64,000 nucleotides of DNA from Felis catus (GCF_018350175.1 NC_058368.1:212228001-212292000); one strand, 5' to 3'; counted from the first letter of the stretch, positions 1 to 13,279 are shown. Notes: generated by a model not told the origin, from the letters alone. Made by a program: numbers and translations.

Positions 1-152
1 CTCTTATTTAATGAGTACAGAGTTTCAATTTGGAAATACAAAAAAGGTCTAGAGATGGATAGAAGTGATGATTGCACAACCATGAGAATACACTTAGGGC
101 ACTGGATTGTATACTTAAAAATGGTTAAAATCATGAATTTTATGTTGTGTAT
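1..152 (+). mobile_element. Old L1 (L1M-type) 3' end fragment
   Basis: gagtacagagtttcaatttgg...gatggatagaagtgatgattgcacaac...tatacttaaaaatggttaaaat...aattttatgttgtgtat resembles typical L1MB/MC 3' termini. Confidence 0.7.
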
Positions 153-277
153 GTGTGTGTGTGTATAATATATTATAGTATATATTTTATATATTTTTAA
201 TATATATAATATAAATATTTATATATTATATTTTAATATATTACATACATTTATATTATATATTTTCATAATATATA
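150..277. repeat. (TG)n plus AT-rich low-complexity tract
   Basis: Short TG run followed by a nearly pure A/T TATA-like stretch. Confidence 0.85.
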
Positions 278-788
278 GACAAAATAAAAAATTTTTTCTG
301 CTTCCAGGCAGCCACTGGATGACACTGCGATAAAATCTTGTGAGTGGCTTGAGGCCATACATGGTCCAGCTGGACCCATTCCAGATTCTCTCTCCATTCT
401 TTCATGGTTTCCTCTCCTACTTCTCTTTCTTCACGTCTGATTCCCAGCCTCAAGTGAAATCTAGTTCAGAGAAACTGGATTTCTGAGGCACCAGGGCTTA
501 GAAATGAAATCTTTTTCTATTTTGCTTGTATTTCAAACTTTGTCCACATTCCTCAGAGAACCCAACAGTCAATTAAGTTAAATTCAATCCACACAGTGAG
601 TAGTATAGACTCTGCCTAAATTCACATCTCCAAATTTGTAGTGCCTTATTCTCTGACTCCTTCAGAACGATTTCTGATAATCGAGACTGTCCCCTCCTTG
701 AGTATGGTGGGGCTAGCGGTGCTCTGCTAGAGTCCCCCTGGTGGTCCCAGGGAAGAACCGTGACTCTCTGTGCACCCCTCTTTTTCAG

Positions 789-942
789 TGCACTGCTTCC
801 TGTGGAGGGGGCTTTCAGAAGAGGACTGTGCATTGTGTCTCCTCAGAAGACAACACAACTGAAGACCGATGCGTGTGTGATCACGAAGCCAGACCTCCAG
901 AAGTCCAGAAGTGCAGCCTGCAGGCCTGCAAGAAGAGTGCTG
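789..942 (+). CDS. ADAMTS12: ADAMTS12 penultimate coding exon (last thrombospondin type-1 repeat)
   Basis: Acceptor tttttcag|, donor G|gtgggt, 154 nt; encodes [51 protein letters not shown] (TSR C-x2-SCGGG-x-Q-x-R-x-V-x-C pattern); splices in phase to the exon at 8667. Confidence 0.93.
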
Positions 943-1286
943 GTGGGTGAACGCCTTTGCCCAGGGGGGAGAGAACATTTCATCAATAAGGTGTCCTGTA
1001 TGAATCGACTGTGGATAATTTTAGTCCCCTTTATTGAGCGAAGAATCTTAATGCTGAAGAGGCCAGCCAGCTCCACTCAGAACAAGCTGTCTGTTGATCT
1101 GGTGATCCTTGAGGGATTATCTCTTTCATTTTCCCATCTCAAAGCACGTTCACACTGATGTCATCCCACACAGATGAGAATCACTTCTGTTTTTTCAGAA
1201 ATTTCTGAGAGATGCTCCAGCCTTTCTCAGGAAACCAGTCAAGTGGTGAACGGCTGTCTCTATCAATCCAGCACCACTGGCGTAGG

Positions 1287-1660
1287 TCAGGTTCCACAGA
1301 AACAGCTCTGAGGTACAAATTTATGTGCAAGGGATTCACTTAGGAAGTGCTCCCAAGGAAAACCATTAAGGGAATAGGAGAAGCAAGACAAAAGAGGGCA
1401 AAAGCACAGCCAGGCTGCTGTTTCAGACTGGTCCCACAGGGAAGCTCTAGGGTGTAAGCTATATGTCAGATCTGTCTGTTCCTGAGGCCTGTGAGCTGGA
1501 CTTTCACACTCCCACACTCTTCACATTGGCCAACGGCTACACTGGGGAAAGTGAATTCGCAGGTCTTAAAAGCTCTCTACGTGGAGAGACAAAGCAACTC
1601 CAGGAGGGTCTGTGGGCAGTCCTCCAAAAGAGCAAGAATCACTGGGTATTAGAGGCTACA
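1287..1660 (-). mobile_element. Old ERVL LTR (LTR16/LTR33-like)
   Basis: ggttccacagaaacagctctgaggtacaaatttatgtgcaagggattcacttaggaagtgctcccaaggaaaac resembles the reverse complement of LTR16-type 3' ends; boundaries approximate. Confidence 0.45.
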
Positions 1661-1964
1661 TAACAGGGATGCTGGGACTTAGCAGGGTAGGGGGTTGGGG
1701 TGACACATGAAAATAGACCAAAAAACATAAGGAGGGACACCTGAACAGAGGAAGATCACTGTTACCTGCTACATTCAACTTCCACTTTCCGAAAGCATCC
1801 CGATCTGAATAACGTATGGTCACCTTCGTCATTTAAGTCCATTGAGCTGCAGCCTGGAAAGGTTAAGTGGCCCGTTCATGAAGACCCGGTGGGCTGACTT
1901 CAGAGCCAGAGCACCAAGCCAGGTCTTCTCCTCACATGCGTCACTTCCTCGGGGGTGAAAAGAA

Positions 1965-2140
1965 TCCAGCTTTGGAATCAGACAGCAATGGGTTTGCATC
2001 CAGTAGCAGCCTCTTTCTATCTGTGACCTTGGCAAATTATTTAACACTCTGAGTCTGTTTCCTTTTGGATATAAAGAGAATAATAATACAAGCTTTCTGA
2101 AGTTGTTGTGAAGATTTTGAACAGCAGGTATTAAGTGCCT
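1965..2140 (+). mobile_element. MIR SINE
   Basis: MIR core ctgtgaccttggcaaattatttaacactctgagtctgtttcc...ttgttgtgaagatt. Confidence 0.65.
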
Positions 2141-2704
2141 TTAAAAAGAGAAAAAAATCCATCAACAAACCAGTTCAGTTACCTCCCTTGGGCAACTTAC
2201 TTCATTTCAATAGACTACGCTTTCTTCTATCCATTTATGAATGAATGGGTTCAAGCATAATCATGAACTCTAATGTCCGTTTCATTGGTATTTGGGGCTT
2301 CATTAATATGTGATATTTTAAAATTAAGTTAAAAACCTAGGGAGGAGATTTTCAGGCAAAGAGAGGATTTTTTGATAGTCTACTTACATCCATTACAAAG
2401 CGGAGGGTACCTCCTGTAGATGTAGTCCTGAAATTGCGATTTAGATGGTCAGACTGAATTTACTCTGTCCCTATTTATAGAACTGACTATTACACGTCAT
2501 TAGCTAAGTGAAAAACCAGCATGTGGGTCAGACACAGTGGTGGTATTTTTCTAAAGATTGTTAGAGATTAGTGGTAGTGGAGCCTGTGTTCTGTTCATCT
2601 GTTCCTTGCCTCCTTCCAAGTACTGAGGGGACTGGCATTCAATGGAGACTGCCATTAGAATTCATACCCTGAGATTTTCCTTAGAGGTTGTGTGTTTACA
2701 AATC

Positions 2705-3430
2705 ATGCACGTATTCAGCAAATATTTGTTGGGCCCTGACTGACTCCATGCTAAACATAATGTCAAACAAGGAACAAAGCTGCAACCCAGTGACCCTGAT
2801 AAAGGAGGTAAGAATGTTGCAGGAGTTCTTGGAAAAGGGCATGGACTGGGAACTGGGGAGAGCAGGGAAGACCTGTAGAGGAAGTGAACGATGTGTAGAC
2901 AGGTCACGCAAGAGGTTCCTGAGGGGCTTTCTGTTTCTGCAGTAACCAGGAAGAATACAATGTCATGGCACAGGAGTCTAACTCAAGTATGAAGTTAAGA
3001 ACTGTAGAAAGCAAAGCTGGAGCTTGCAATGCATGTGGATGAGTGTGGACTTTATCCTAGAGCAGAAGGAGCATTGAAGTATTCCAAGCAGGGACATGGA
3101 GATGAGAAAGTCATGCCAGCTGCCATGTGGAAGATAGATAAGACCATTCAGGAGACTGCAGCTGTCCCCCAAGCCATAGATGTATGTGGCATGAACTAGG
3201 GTGGTGTGCAGGTAGGGAGAAGTAAGTGGATTCAGGAACTACTTGACAGGAAGATTTGGCAAGTCTCTGTTCCTGGGGGAATAACAGGGAAGATAAGCCC
3301 AGATTTCCAACCTGGGCAGCTGAGTAGAGGAGGCCACCATTCACTGACACAGGCCCCCCCAGGAGTGGGTTTGAGAATGAGGAAAGGAAATGAGTTCTGT
3401 TTAGGACATGTTTGTTGAGGTGACTATGAA
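2705..3430 (-). mobile_element. L2 LINE fragment(s)
   Basis: Begins attcagcaaatatttgttgggccctgac (antisense L2 3' end) and continues with purine-rich L2-like sequence; boundaries approximate. Confidence 0.5.
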
Positions 3431-3647
3431 TCATTTGGGTAGGAGTGTCCTGTGATTGGTTTTCTACACAGATGCAGAGCCAAGAGGGAGATCTGAGCTG
3501 GAAATTCTGAATGTAATACACTGAGGGAGAAAATGCTTTAGATGTGATTGTCATGTGCAACTTCTTTCTGACTAACTTGCATTTGGGGGTGGCTATCATT
3601 GACTTTATTTGAAACTCCGAAAGAAGCTACTACCTAACACTCATTTT

Positions 3648-3818
3648 CAGAGGTGTTATTGGTCCCTGGACTGGCTGCCTCAGCATCACACCTGGGAGCT
3701 TGTTAGAAATGCAGGGTCTCAGGCCTCACCTCAGATCTACTGCATTTAAATCAGAATCTGCACTTAAACAAGATCCCCAGGTGATTTGGATGTGCATTAA
3801 AGTTTGAGAAGCACCCTG
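3648..3818 (+). mobile_element. MER5A (hAT-Charlie) DNA transposon
   Basis: cagcatcacacctgggagcttgttagaaatgcag...tcagaatctgcac...aacaagatccccaggtgatt...taaagtttgagaagcac. Confidence 0.8.
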
Positions 3819-5669
3819 TTCTAGATCAAGGAGCCAATCTGAGACCCTCTTCCCTTTGTGTCATCTCATCACCTTCTATGGTACCGTGTTTTTCAAATGT
3901 TAAGGCGATATAGTATCTGTCTGTATTGTGTTGATTTTTACATAATTGAAGCAGCAAAAAGGCTTGATTGACCATGCTCAGTGTTGTGGGCTGTTATTTT
4001 TAAACTCTATGTAGATAGTCTTTAACTGTCTTATCACTGGACAGCGCCATCTTCAATAATCAAAACTAGGTGAAATGCATACATGGTATTTTTATCTTGA
4101 AATCTCACACTGAGAAGATGGTGACTAATAGTTGGGTGTCAGTGGATGCAAATAGCAATGAATTCCACTCACCTCAACAATTATCAGGGCAACAAAAGAT
4201 AATTACTAGCTTCTCCTGAAGGCAGAGCCATGCTTACTCATACAGAAACAACATGAAGAGCAGCTTCAAGAAATTCCTTGATTTAAAGAATCTACCACCA
4301 ACCCTGACCCCTGAGCCTTCTAAAATGCTTTGAAAATAAGTCATTTTGTGCCTGGATTCTTGTCAGTCAGCCAGCCATCACAATAAACATACACGCTGTG
4401 TCCATCCTGTAGAATCAGGTATGAATTCCACATAAAGTTTGCTTTCCTCCAGGCCATTTTACTTCCTTTAGATGCCATCAAAATTGTTAATGATTTAAAT
4501 TCTAAATCAGAACTACCATTTCCATAGTAGAGACTATTAAACCCTTTCTAAGTATCTAGAAGATAAAAAAAATTTAATTTAAAGATTTAACAAATTTTTA
4601 AAAATTTATCCAGAAATATGTACTATCAAGTATATTCTAGGCATTATATTCATAATGATTATAAAACAAAAGCAAAGCTCTTATGTGCACCATTCCTGGG
4701 TTGTTGTTTTTTAATGAGGGAATGAGGGGTAGAGAAGGCAAGAAAAAGAATAAGGAAAGTAATGAAGACAGTACTTGGACCCAGAGTTGCTACAAATGAA
4801 CATTTGAATCAGCAAACTTTCTACTCAAGAATATTCTTCCAGATGAATAGAATTTTGTGTTTTCATTTATTCAGCAAATATTACTGATCACAACATATGT
4901 CTCAGACAAATGCTAAAAACTGAGGGGACAGAAATGAGTACAATACAGCCCCTGGCCTCAAGGAACCCAAACTCTGACAGAAACTGAATTTGTCAGCAAT
5001 ACTGAAATCGTTTTTAAACTTTCTTCTATGGGAAAAATATTATCCTTTCAACCTAGACACAGCTGACAACAAAGAAACAAGCTTATACGTGTCCCTTTAA
5101 ATTTCCAAGCGTGGTTTCTGTTGAACAGGCAAAGGCAAATTGAGATCTCCTCTCCAAGTCGCCCCTAATTATAAGCATTGTGTGTGCTTCGGCCAGGATC
5201 CAGTTTGCTGATGAATACAACAAGCCTTCATTGTTTTATTATAATAAAGAGAACTGTGCAGTTAAGCCGTGCCATGATGTTGGGCTCATGGTCATTATCT
5301 AAATGAGCTGCTAAACACAGGCCTGGAACACACTCTCAATATAGGCCACCTCTATCCTCCACTCGTCTTTCAAGTTCCCCACTCTCAAACAGGAGCACCC
5401 CAGGATCCAGCATGCTCCCAGTGTTCTGAAGACCATTGAAAAGCAGACTTTGTGATCTCATGGTTCCCAAGATCAGGCAAGAACACCAGGCATGGTTGAG
5501 CCTCTGTCAGTCACATAGGTGACCTAACCTAACAATAGGGGGCCCCGTGTGAGCAAATGAGGATGTTCTTTTCAAGGAAGATCTGTCCATGTGCCCTCCT
5601 CCTCCCCTATCACCAGTACAAGAGATTCATTCCCTCGGTGTCCGAGTTTTAGAAGCAATGAAACAACAT

Positions 5670-5870
5670 TCAAATTCCAGCCACCATCTACATACCAGCT
5701 ATGCAATGTTGGGCTAGTTACCAAGCCTCTCTGGAACCTTCTGTTTTTAAAAGAAGAATAGCTATACCTACAAGTAAATTTCTACGTGCCTCAAATAAGG
5801 CAGTATATGTGAAGTATATTGTCTGGTAATCTGGTAAGTGCTTAATAAATTGTATTTCTGTTATTATTAT
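5670..5870 (+). mobile_element. MIR SINE
   Basis: ttcaaattccagccacc...accagctatgcaatgttgggctagttacc...gtaagtgcttaataaat. Confidence 0.55.
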
Positions 5871-5887
5871 TGTCATAGGAGGGGGGG

Positions 5888-6353
5888 TGTATTACTTTCC
5901 TAGGGCTACCATAAAAGACTACCAGGAGCTAAATAGCTTAAAACAACAGAAATGTATTCTCACAGTTCTGGAGGCCAGATGTTCAAAATCAAAGTCTTAA
6001 CAGGGCCATGCTCTCTGTCTAAGCTTCTGGTGGTTGCTGGCAATCCCTGGCTTTCCTTGGCTTGTAGCTGCATAACTTCAATCTCTGCCCCCATCATCAC
6101 ATGGCCAATTTCCCTCTGATGTCAGTGTCTTCATGTGGTTTTCTCTTCACTATGTGTACCTGTCTCCTCTTCTTCTAAGGACACCAGTCATTAAGGGTCT
6201 ACCCTATTCTGATGTGACCTCATCTTCATATATGTCATTATTACATCGTCAAAGAAATATTTCCACACAAAGTCACATTCACACGTACCAATGGTTAGGA
6301 CTCCAACTTTGGGAGACACTAAAACTTCAGAGGATGCAATTCAGCCCACAATA
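5888..6353 (-). mobile_element. MaLR solo LTR (MLT1B/C-like)
   Basis: tgtattactttcctagggctaccataa...gcttaaaacaacagaaatgtattctcacagttctggaggccaga...caattcagcccacaata. Confidence 0.8.
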
Positions 6354-7839
6354 GGTTAAGGGATTTGGGAGCCTCTAGGAAGCCTGTTCTATAATGGTAG
6401 ACATGCTTGAGAGGTCACACTTTAGCCCTCACAAAAAAGACTCACATCACTATAGAAGAGTTCAAGATGGAATGTAGTAGCATGTTGGAGCAAATATTGC
6501 AATAGTAATACAAGTTCGGAGACTGAGACAGAAGGGATCCACGTGGGGCAGCATGGCCAAAAGAGGCTTTGTGGAGAAAGGGGGTGCAAGCTGAGCCTTC
6601 GCACTTCCTCTGTCTTCTTCCTTTCCCGAGGTGACCTCAGTGCTCACATTTCCGTGGCAGGGAGAACGTGGGGCCGAGAGCTACACCAGATGCACCTCTT
6701 CCATCCACTGTCCACAAGGGCTTCGGGAGATACTGACTGAGAAATTGGAGCAGACCTGTGACACCCAGGCTTCCATGCTGGCCCTGTTCCAAAGCCAGCA
6801 GCCTAGAGAGGAATCTTTGTCTCATTCTGAACAGCTGTCCACATGATGGAGGGCCAGCCCTCAAGGAGAATACTGGCCGCTCTAGCAGAGATGAGGGAGA
6901 TGAGGACCTCCAATTCCTATTCCACAGTAGGAATCCCTGGCTGAAATGTGTGCCTTTTCTGAAACGTGAACGCACCTAAGAAAGTTTCCTGTGGAATTTT
7001 ATAATAGGCTTAGGGAAGGGGCCTGAAGAAGAAAAGAATCAACAGTGAAGATTTTGGGGGGATCTAGGCACATTGTGTGTTGCCTATTCCCAAGTGCTGT
7101 TAAAACTTGCAAACAAAATAGGATTCTGACAGCGAATAGAAGACATTTATTTCTTCACAAGAAGAAAAAAAAACACAAGGTGCATTCAAGGGAATGATGA
7201 GTTATGAGGAGATACAAAGCATTTTCTGCCTTCATGACCTGAAGGTGAAAGACAGTATAAAGAGGAAAACATACTGTCGCAGATTTTGGGTAAAGACGAT
7301 GTTACCTCAATTTTTATTTCTACTGACAGTCCTATTTACAAAGGACAACAGCCTCTTTGTGAAAATGTTTTTCTTCAAGATGATTCAAATCTCTTCTGGA
7401 AAGAAGAAGGAAAAGCAGCCAGAGCTCTGAGAGGCACCCACGCAAAGTTTGAAACAATTTCACTTTGTAGAAGAAAAATCTGTTATTTGGGGCCTCACTG
7501 AATTTCTTCCAGCCCAGGACTGCATGGACCAGTCCAGTCTGAATATTGCTCCTAGAATGTATGTGGTGTTGATGGTCGCTGAGAAATTCCCTGCTTCATG
7601 GATGAGGAGAGCAGGGCCAAAGGAAAAAAAAATTGAGAAACTTAATTACCTAGAGCTGTTAGAGTAAAACAAGGATTAGAATCCAGGGGAATTATTTGTG
7701 TATGTCTTATGGCTTCATCTACTGGGTACATTTCTGGAGGGCAGCGACCACATTCTATATACCTGTATCCTTTGCTGTGCTGAGCTATGCTCAGAACACA
7801 TTGGTTAGTTGGCTAGCTGGGTGATTGCTTGGTGCTCTG

Positions 7840-8050
7840 AGTAATATGATTGATAAGAGCATAAGCTCTGGGGTCAAAACTGTCTCTGTTTAGATCTGGC
7901 TGTGCCACTTACTAGCCAGGGAACATTGTGCAGGTTTTTAACTCCTGTAGGCTTTACCATCTTCATTTGTGTAATGGAAAGAGTCATTTTTACCCGGTAG
8001 TACTGCTGGGATGATTAAATGAGGCAATGCATGTGAAACATTGCATTCAA
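7840..8050 (+). mobile_element. MIR SINE
   Basis: ggctgtgccacttactagcc...cttcatttgtgtaatgg...gattaaatgaggcaatgcatgtgaaac. Confidence 0.6.
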
Positions 8051-8074
8051 CTGTTGCAGAACAATACTGCAGAG

Positions 8075-8490
8075 CAAAACATCTCTAAACTTGGGGACTA
8101 CAATCATGTGTATTTTGCTCAGCATCTACAGATCAGCTGAGGGTCAGCTGATCTAGCTTGTGGTTGACTGGTCTTGGCTGCAAGCTGTAGGTCCGGTCTA
8201 GGTTTGTTTCATGTATCTTTCATCCTCCTTGGTCCACTAGGTGCATGAACCATGTCCTTCTCACAGTGACAGCAGAAGCTCATCAGGGCAGGCTCCTCCT
8301 CCTGCACCCCCCAAAGCCCTGCAAGGATCATGTGCACTTAGGTCACATTGTCCAAAGCAAGTCATAGGGCTAAACCCAAAGTTAAGCAATGGAGAAGTAT
8401 TCACACCCACCAGGCAGCCATGGCAAGGGTTGGAATGTATATGACACCGCTACGCAGGAGTGAAGAATTGTGACTGATGGTTCAGTTTAA
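8075..8490. mobile_element. Old MaLR LTR (MLT1H-J-like)
   Basis: gatcagctgagggtcagctgatctagc...cacattgtccaaagcaagtcatagggctaaaccc motifs typical of old MLT1. Confidence 0.5.
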
Positions 8491-8666
8491 CACAAATACT
8501 TTGCAGAGTGTCTGATACATAATCAGTGTTCTGTGGATGTCAACTATTATGAATTATTATGAAACCTTTCTTGGTAGATGCATAACATCTTCCATTAATA
8601 GAAGTTGTGTTCATTCACTTACAAAGGATAATCTTTGTTTTTTCTTATTTTTCTCTCCTTCCACAG

Positions 8667-8845
8667 ATTTACTTTGCACCAAGGACAAGTTATCAGCCAG
8701 TTTCTGCCAAACACTAAAAACCATGAAGAAATGTTCTGTGCCCACTGTGAGGGCTCAGTGCTGCCTTTCATGTCCCCACACACACATCGTCCACACCCAA
8801 AGGCCAAGAAAGCCACAGTCGCTCAAAAACCCCAAAGCATTCTAG
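8667..8845 (+). CDS. ADAMTS12: ADAMTS12 terminal coding exon (PLAC domain and C-terminus)
   Basis: Polypyrimidine tract + ccacag|; G+AT=Asp then [61 protein letters not shown]; matches the recalled human ADAMTS12 C-terminus and the PLAC cysteine spacing. Confidence 0.93.
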
Positions 8846-11800
8846 TCCAGAAGGAAGCCACCCTCCACCACAGACTGCAGCAACCTGCTGATGGTATACT
8901 TTCTAGACCCAGGGACCACTGCACTGAGGTTTCTCAGGCCCAACTTTGGCTCAAAACAAAATCCACTGTGTTTTTTAGCCACAAAACATCCTTGCAAAAG
9001 GCGTGGGACTGTGATAGCTTGCTGTTCCCTGACAGGCAGGTGAGATATCCAGGAGAGTCAGGCATCTCCTGGGATTGGCTCCCAGGAAAGGTGCCAGATT
9101 AGCTAAGTCAGTGACATGATGTCTTTCCCCTCCTTAAAAATAAAAACAAAGACACCAGGATTTTCCCAGACTACCTCAGGAGTATCAAGAAACAGAACCA
9201 GATGTATCCAGGTAACAAATAATCTTGTTAATTTACTTAGGTGAAACCATCCTTTTTTTCCTTCCTGCTTGGGGAAGCTGTTGTTGAATACGTCATGGGA
9301 GAGAGCTTTCAGGAACATTCCTTTACTTCACCCAGGCAGAGGACCACTTTGTTTAGCCAGTACTCACCGGAGTCAGGGAGAGAAAGTGCTGGCTATATCA
9401 CTCCGTCTACATCACTGTAGACTCCATATCTGGGCTGTTTAGACTCCCTTGCGTGCCTGGAGATATAAGAAGAAGAGAAAATGGGCAGAAACTATAAGAT
9501 TTGTAAAGGTAAAAGATTTAGCTTAATTATACAGAAGACATTTCTGACTCAAGGATAATTTCTATGAAAACTCTTAAAAAGCAAACGAGCAGAAATCAAA
9601 TTCTTGCTAGTATAAGAAAAGAAACATGGATCTTTATTCTTCCCCCTTTCCTGGCAAATACGTTTCCTTTGCAGAAGAGTAGATGAGTCTTCCTGTCTGA
9701 CGTTTCCTCTCTAGCACATTCCCTGCCTGAGTGAGTCATCAGTTCAGGTCCAGCTGTGTTTCCACTGCTGGGGGTTTACACACAACAGCTACTCTAGCCA
9801 GGTCTGTGGCTGCAACACACACCTGCCTACCCCCAGGACAGAAAATGGTGCTCAAGATTAAAATATTTCAAAGAACCAGGTAAACTGTATTAACTACAAG
9901 AACTTGGAACGCACCTCTAATCTTGAAAAAAAAAAAAACTCAAAAGTGAAATTAAGATGATCTACTTCCCAGTACACCCAGTAGTTAGTTTTAAGGTCTG
10001 TTTCCTGGGATGGAACAGTCAGAAGAGACCCAAAAAGTGAAATGAATGCTGGAATGCTTATTCTGGACGTTCTCACCACCAATCAGGAGGCTGTGGTCTC
10101 AAATACAAGGCAAGTTTCCTGGGTGGGTGGGTGGGGAGGGAGGGCCTCAAAGGGAAGAAGCCCTCAGAACCAGTTCTTGACAGAGCGGGAAGCAGGGATG
10201 TGGACTTCAGGTAATGGGTAGCACATTCCAGACTCATGCACAGGTAGTGTAGTGTCCCATAGCTCTGGTGGATTACCTATCCATTCAGCAGAATGGTGCT
10301 ATTGAATAATGGTGCTAATATCTAGATGGTGGCAGAACTAATATAAACATACAGATAGATGTACAGGTGGGCGAGTCCATATACATCTATTGAATGTGTG
10401 ATGGTGTTGCTGGCCAATGCCAGTTCTATTGCTTGGATACTAGAAGCTTAAAATGTTTATATTATGTGCTTTTTCATTTTCTTTCAAACCATTAATGACT
10501 ATTATTCTGATAAATTCCTGTGGAAAATAGAACACTGGGGTTGGGATGAAATTTAAGAAGGAGCAGAAACAGGAGGAAAGCAGAAACATTTACCTAAAGC
10601 CAGGGAGGTTATTTCTCAATAATAATGGTCTTGTGTTCTCTCTCTTTGAATGCAAACACTGCTGGTAGATGACAATCATTGGTGAAATATGTTTTAGAGA
10701 GAAGAGGCTTAAATGGTTAGTGACAGGAGTGGAGGAGAACCTGATTTTTTCTAATGAGGCTATTTGCAGAGACCATCCCCGAAGTGTAGTGTGGGCTTTC
10801 AGGGGGCCAAATTTAGCAAGCTAGGTTGATTTAACTTCACCTGGTACTGTACTATCTAGCATCAGTTTATGCATGCCATCAGAGACCTGGGTATGACCAG
10901 TCTTCTAGAACTCAGGAACAAACCTGGATTCCTACTGACCTCAGCAAACTCAACTAGGCCAGATTTCTCAATACACGAAATGGACCATGTTATTTATGAC
11001 CCACATGGCAGAGAAGATGATAGACATGTGGGGAGGGTCTGGCCAGATATTCCATTCTAGGGCTTTCTCCAGTTTCGTAAAGGTAGGAAATGAGCCCCTA
11101 ATCATGTATCACAGACATTCACTGCCTGTATGGAGGCTGTGTTGTGAGATAGTTGTGTGGCATCTGTCAGTCTGTACTCCAGGATAGAGTCATCTGACAC
11201 AGTTGTTACCTTGACACTCAGCTTTGGATCATCAGGGTTTTGACAGGTCCCCCTGCTTGCAGTCATAAAGAGGCCTCAGATTTAACAGGCCTAAACAGGA
11301 AGGCTCTAAAGACGAGAACCTAGATGGTACCTTCACCATTCCTTGGATGTTCACAGGGGACAACATCAAACAGCATTGTTGATTTATTTAGTGCACGTCC
11401 TCCTTTCTTCCCACCTTGAACAGGCAAGTGAGAAATGTGGCAAGACATGCTGTATACACATCTGCCATGAGCCAGGGGGGCCACCACAGGGTCTAGTGCT
11501 TAAATACAGTGAGGTTCTCAAACCCAGTTTGGTTTATTTCCATTGTCTTTCATAGTGATAGAGTTCACTGTTCTCTGGAAAGTTGTGGGTGAATTGAATT
11601 CTTGAACATTGAAACATAGTTTAACACACCAAGAGAAAATATTCCAAGAGACCAGCGAAGACTTTTCAAAAAAAGAAATAATTTTGTGGATACAAACAAT
11701 TGCCTCTTCATGGAAATGACTTGTTTTACAATGGGTTTTCCTGGTGCAGTCGTCCCAATGCGGTGCTTTCAGATATTTAATGAATGTTTACTTCATCAAG

Positions 11801-12352
11801 TTTCTGAAACCAATGTGAGAGATTTATGCTGTTTCAGACTATAATTTCCCAATCAATTGGCTGAAATCCTTCAAATTCTAAAATCTACACCCTGCTACCC
11901 CAGAGACTGCCAATCTTAGCTCTTCTCCCTCTGACTTTAAGATGAAGTCCTGGGACAGTGTATTTGCTGCTCGGTGCACAGTGATTCACTCTCAGGGGAG
12001 AGACCACATGACGTGAACTGCCTGGTGCTACAACTTAGCTAACATATTTGATGCTACTCCTATTTTGTTGTATTGAAAATTCAAATATTGTTAGTGTTAA
12101 CATTATTTTAAGTTATGTCATTAAAAAAATCATTGGCAAAGCACAGTTCTACCCATGACTGTCCTCCACAGTGGTTGTATGATGTATATGGCCCAACCCA
12201 TGTGCTCTCCCTGCATCTCTATGCTATGCTGTTTTGCCAGGCCCAGCCTCCTTTAGGGGTACCTTGGTGGGTACCTCAGTATTTAAAGCCAGAGTGTAAT
12301 CATAGCCTGCTATCGTGTAGCATTAATAAAATCGCTAAACTCAATGTTTCCA
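8846..12352 (+). other. ADAMTS12: Probable long ADAMTS12 3'UTR
   Basis: Repeat-poor sequence from the stop to AATAAA at 12325-12330; carries several miR-29 seed matches; the 3' end is inferred. Confidence 0.55.
12325..12330 (+). terminator. Candidate distal poly(A) signal of ADAMTS12
   Basis: AATAAA with a CA dinucleotide ~20 nt downstream (catgtg). Confidence 0.5.
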
Positions 12353-13100
12353 TGTGATACATTTACTCCTGCCATGAGACTCCCACCACCCACCAGTATT
12401 GCCCTGGAATTTAACAACTGGAGGAGGATGCTGTCAACTTCTTCCTCCCACACTTCTTTGCAGATTTCTTCCTACTCCACCCCTAGATCATTATGTCATC
12501 AGATGAGTCACCTCCGCGGTGATGTAGAATATAGGTCCCTTGTGAATGTTGATGCAGCTGACACAATCCACCATATGATGATCCAAAGTGATGCCTAAAA
12601 TTCTCCTCAGTACCAGGTTCAGTGTATGCAGAACTGTGTATGCAGTTCACAGCATAACCTATTCCCTCAATCTATCCAGCATGTTGACATAACATTTAAG
12701 AGAAACTAACCCACCTCTAGAGGATCTTGCTCTGGAAATCCAGTCCTTCTTCCAAAATGGTACCTAGCATAGCAAGTGTAACCAGCAAAAGTAGAATTTG
12801 GACATAGGGACATGGAATTTATTCAAATGGAATGAGTAAAAATGAGGCTGGCAAGAGCCAAGCATCTGTAGGCCTAGGATGTTTGAAGGCATGCATAGGA
12901 GCAGTAGGAATCATTTTTGGTCAAGAAGACATCACAGAGGGCCATGAACACCTCCTTGTTTGTACCTTAAAAACTCTTCTTTCTGTAATCACTGGGTAAC
13001 TCTTATCCTACAAAACTCAGCTCAAATGCTATTTCACCAAAGAAGCCTACACTAACCCTGCCAGAAAGACTGAGGCACTTTTCTGTTCCTCCTTCACCAT

Positions 13101-13279
13101 GAGAGAGAGAGAGAGAGTGCATGGGAGTACACAAGCATGAGTGGGGGAGGCACAGAGAGAGGGGGACAGAGGATCCTTGTTGACAGCAGAGAGCCTGATG
13201 CTGGGCTCAAACTCATGAACTGTGAGATCATGACGAGCCAAAATTGGATGCTTAACTGATTGAGCCACCCAGGCTCCCC
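13101..13279 (-). mobile_element. CanSINE (internally deleted)
   Basis: Reverse complement of the head GGGGAGCCTGGGTGGCTCAATCAGTTAAG plus a (CT)n tract. Confidence 0.9.

Noticed and set aside
943..950. In-frame GGT GGG TGA after the penultimate ADAMTS12 exon (possible PLAC-less isoform)
   Set aside because: Early in-frame stops in introns are expected by chance; no supporting evidence for intron retention.
760..1158. 132-aa ORF overlapping the ADAMTS12 exon, and the similar 155-aa ORF at 8635-9102
   Set aside because: Alternative-frame shadows of real exons with no recognisable protein features.
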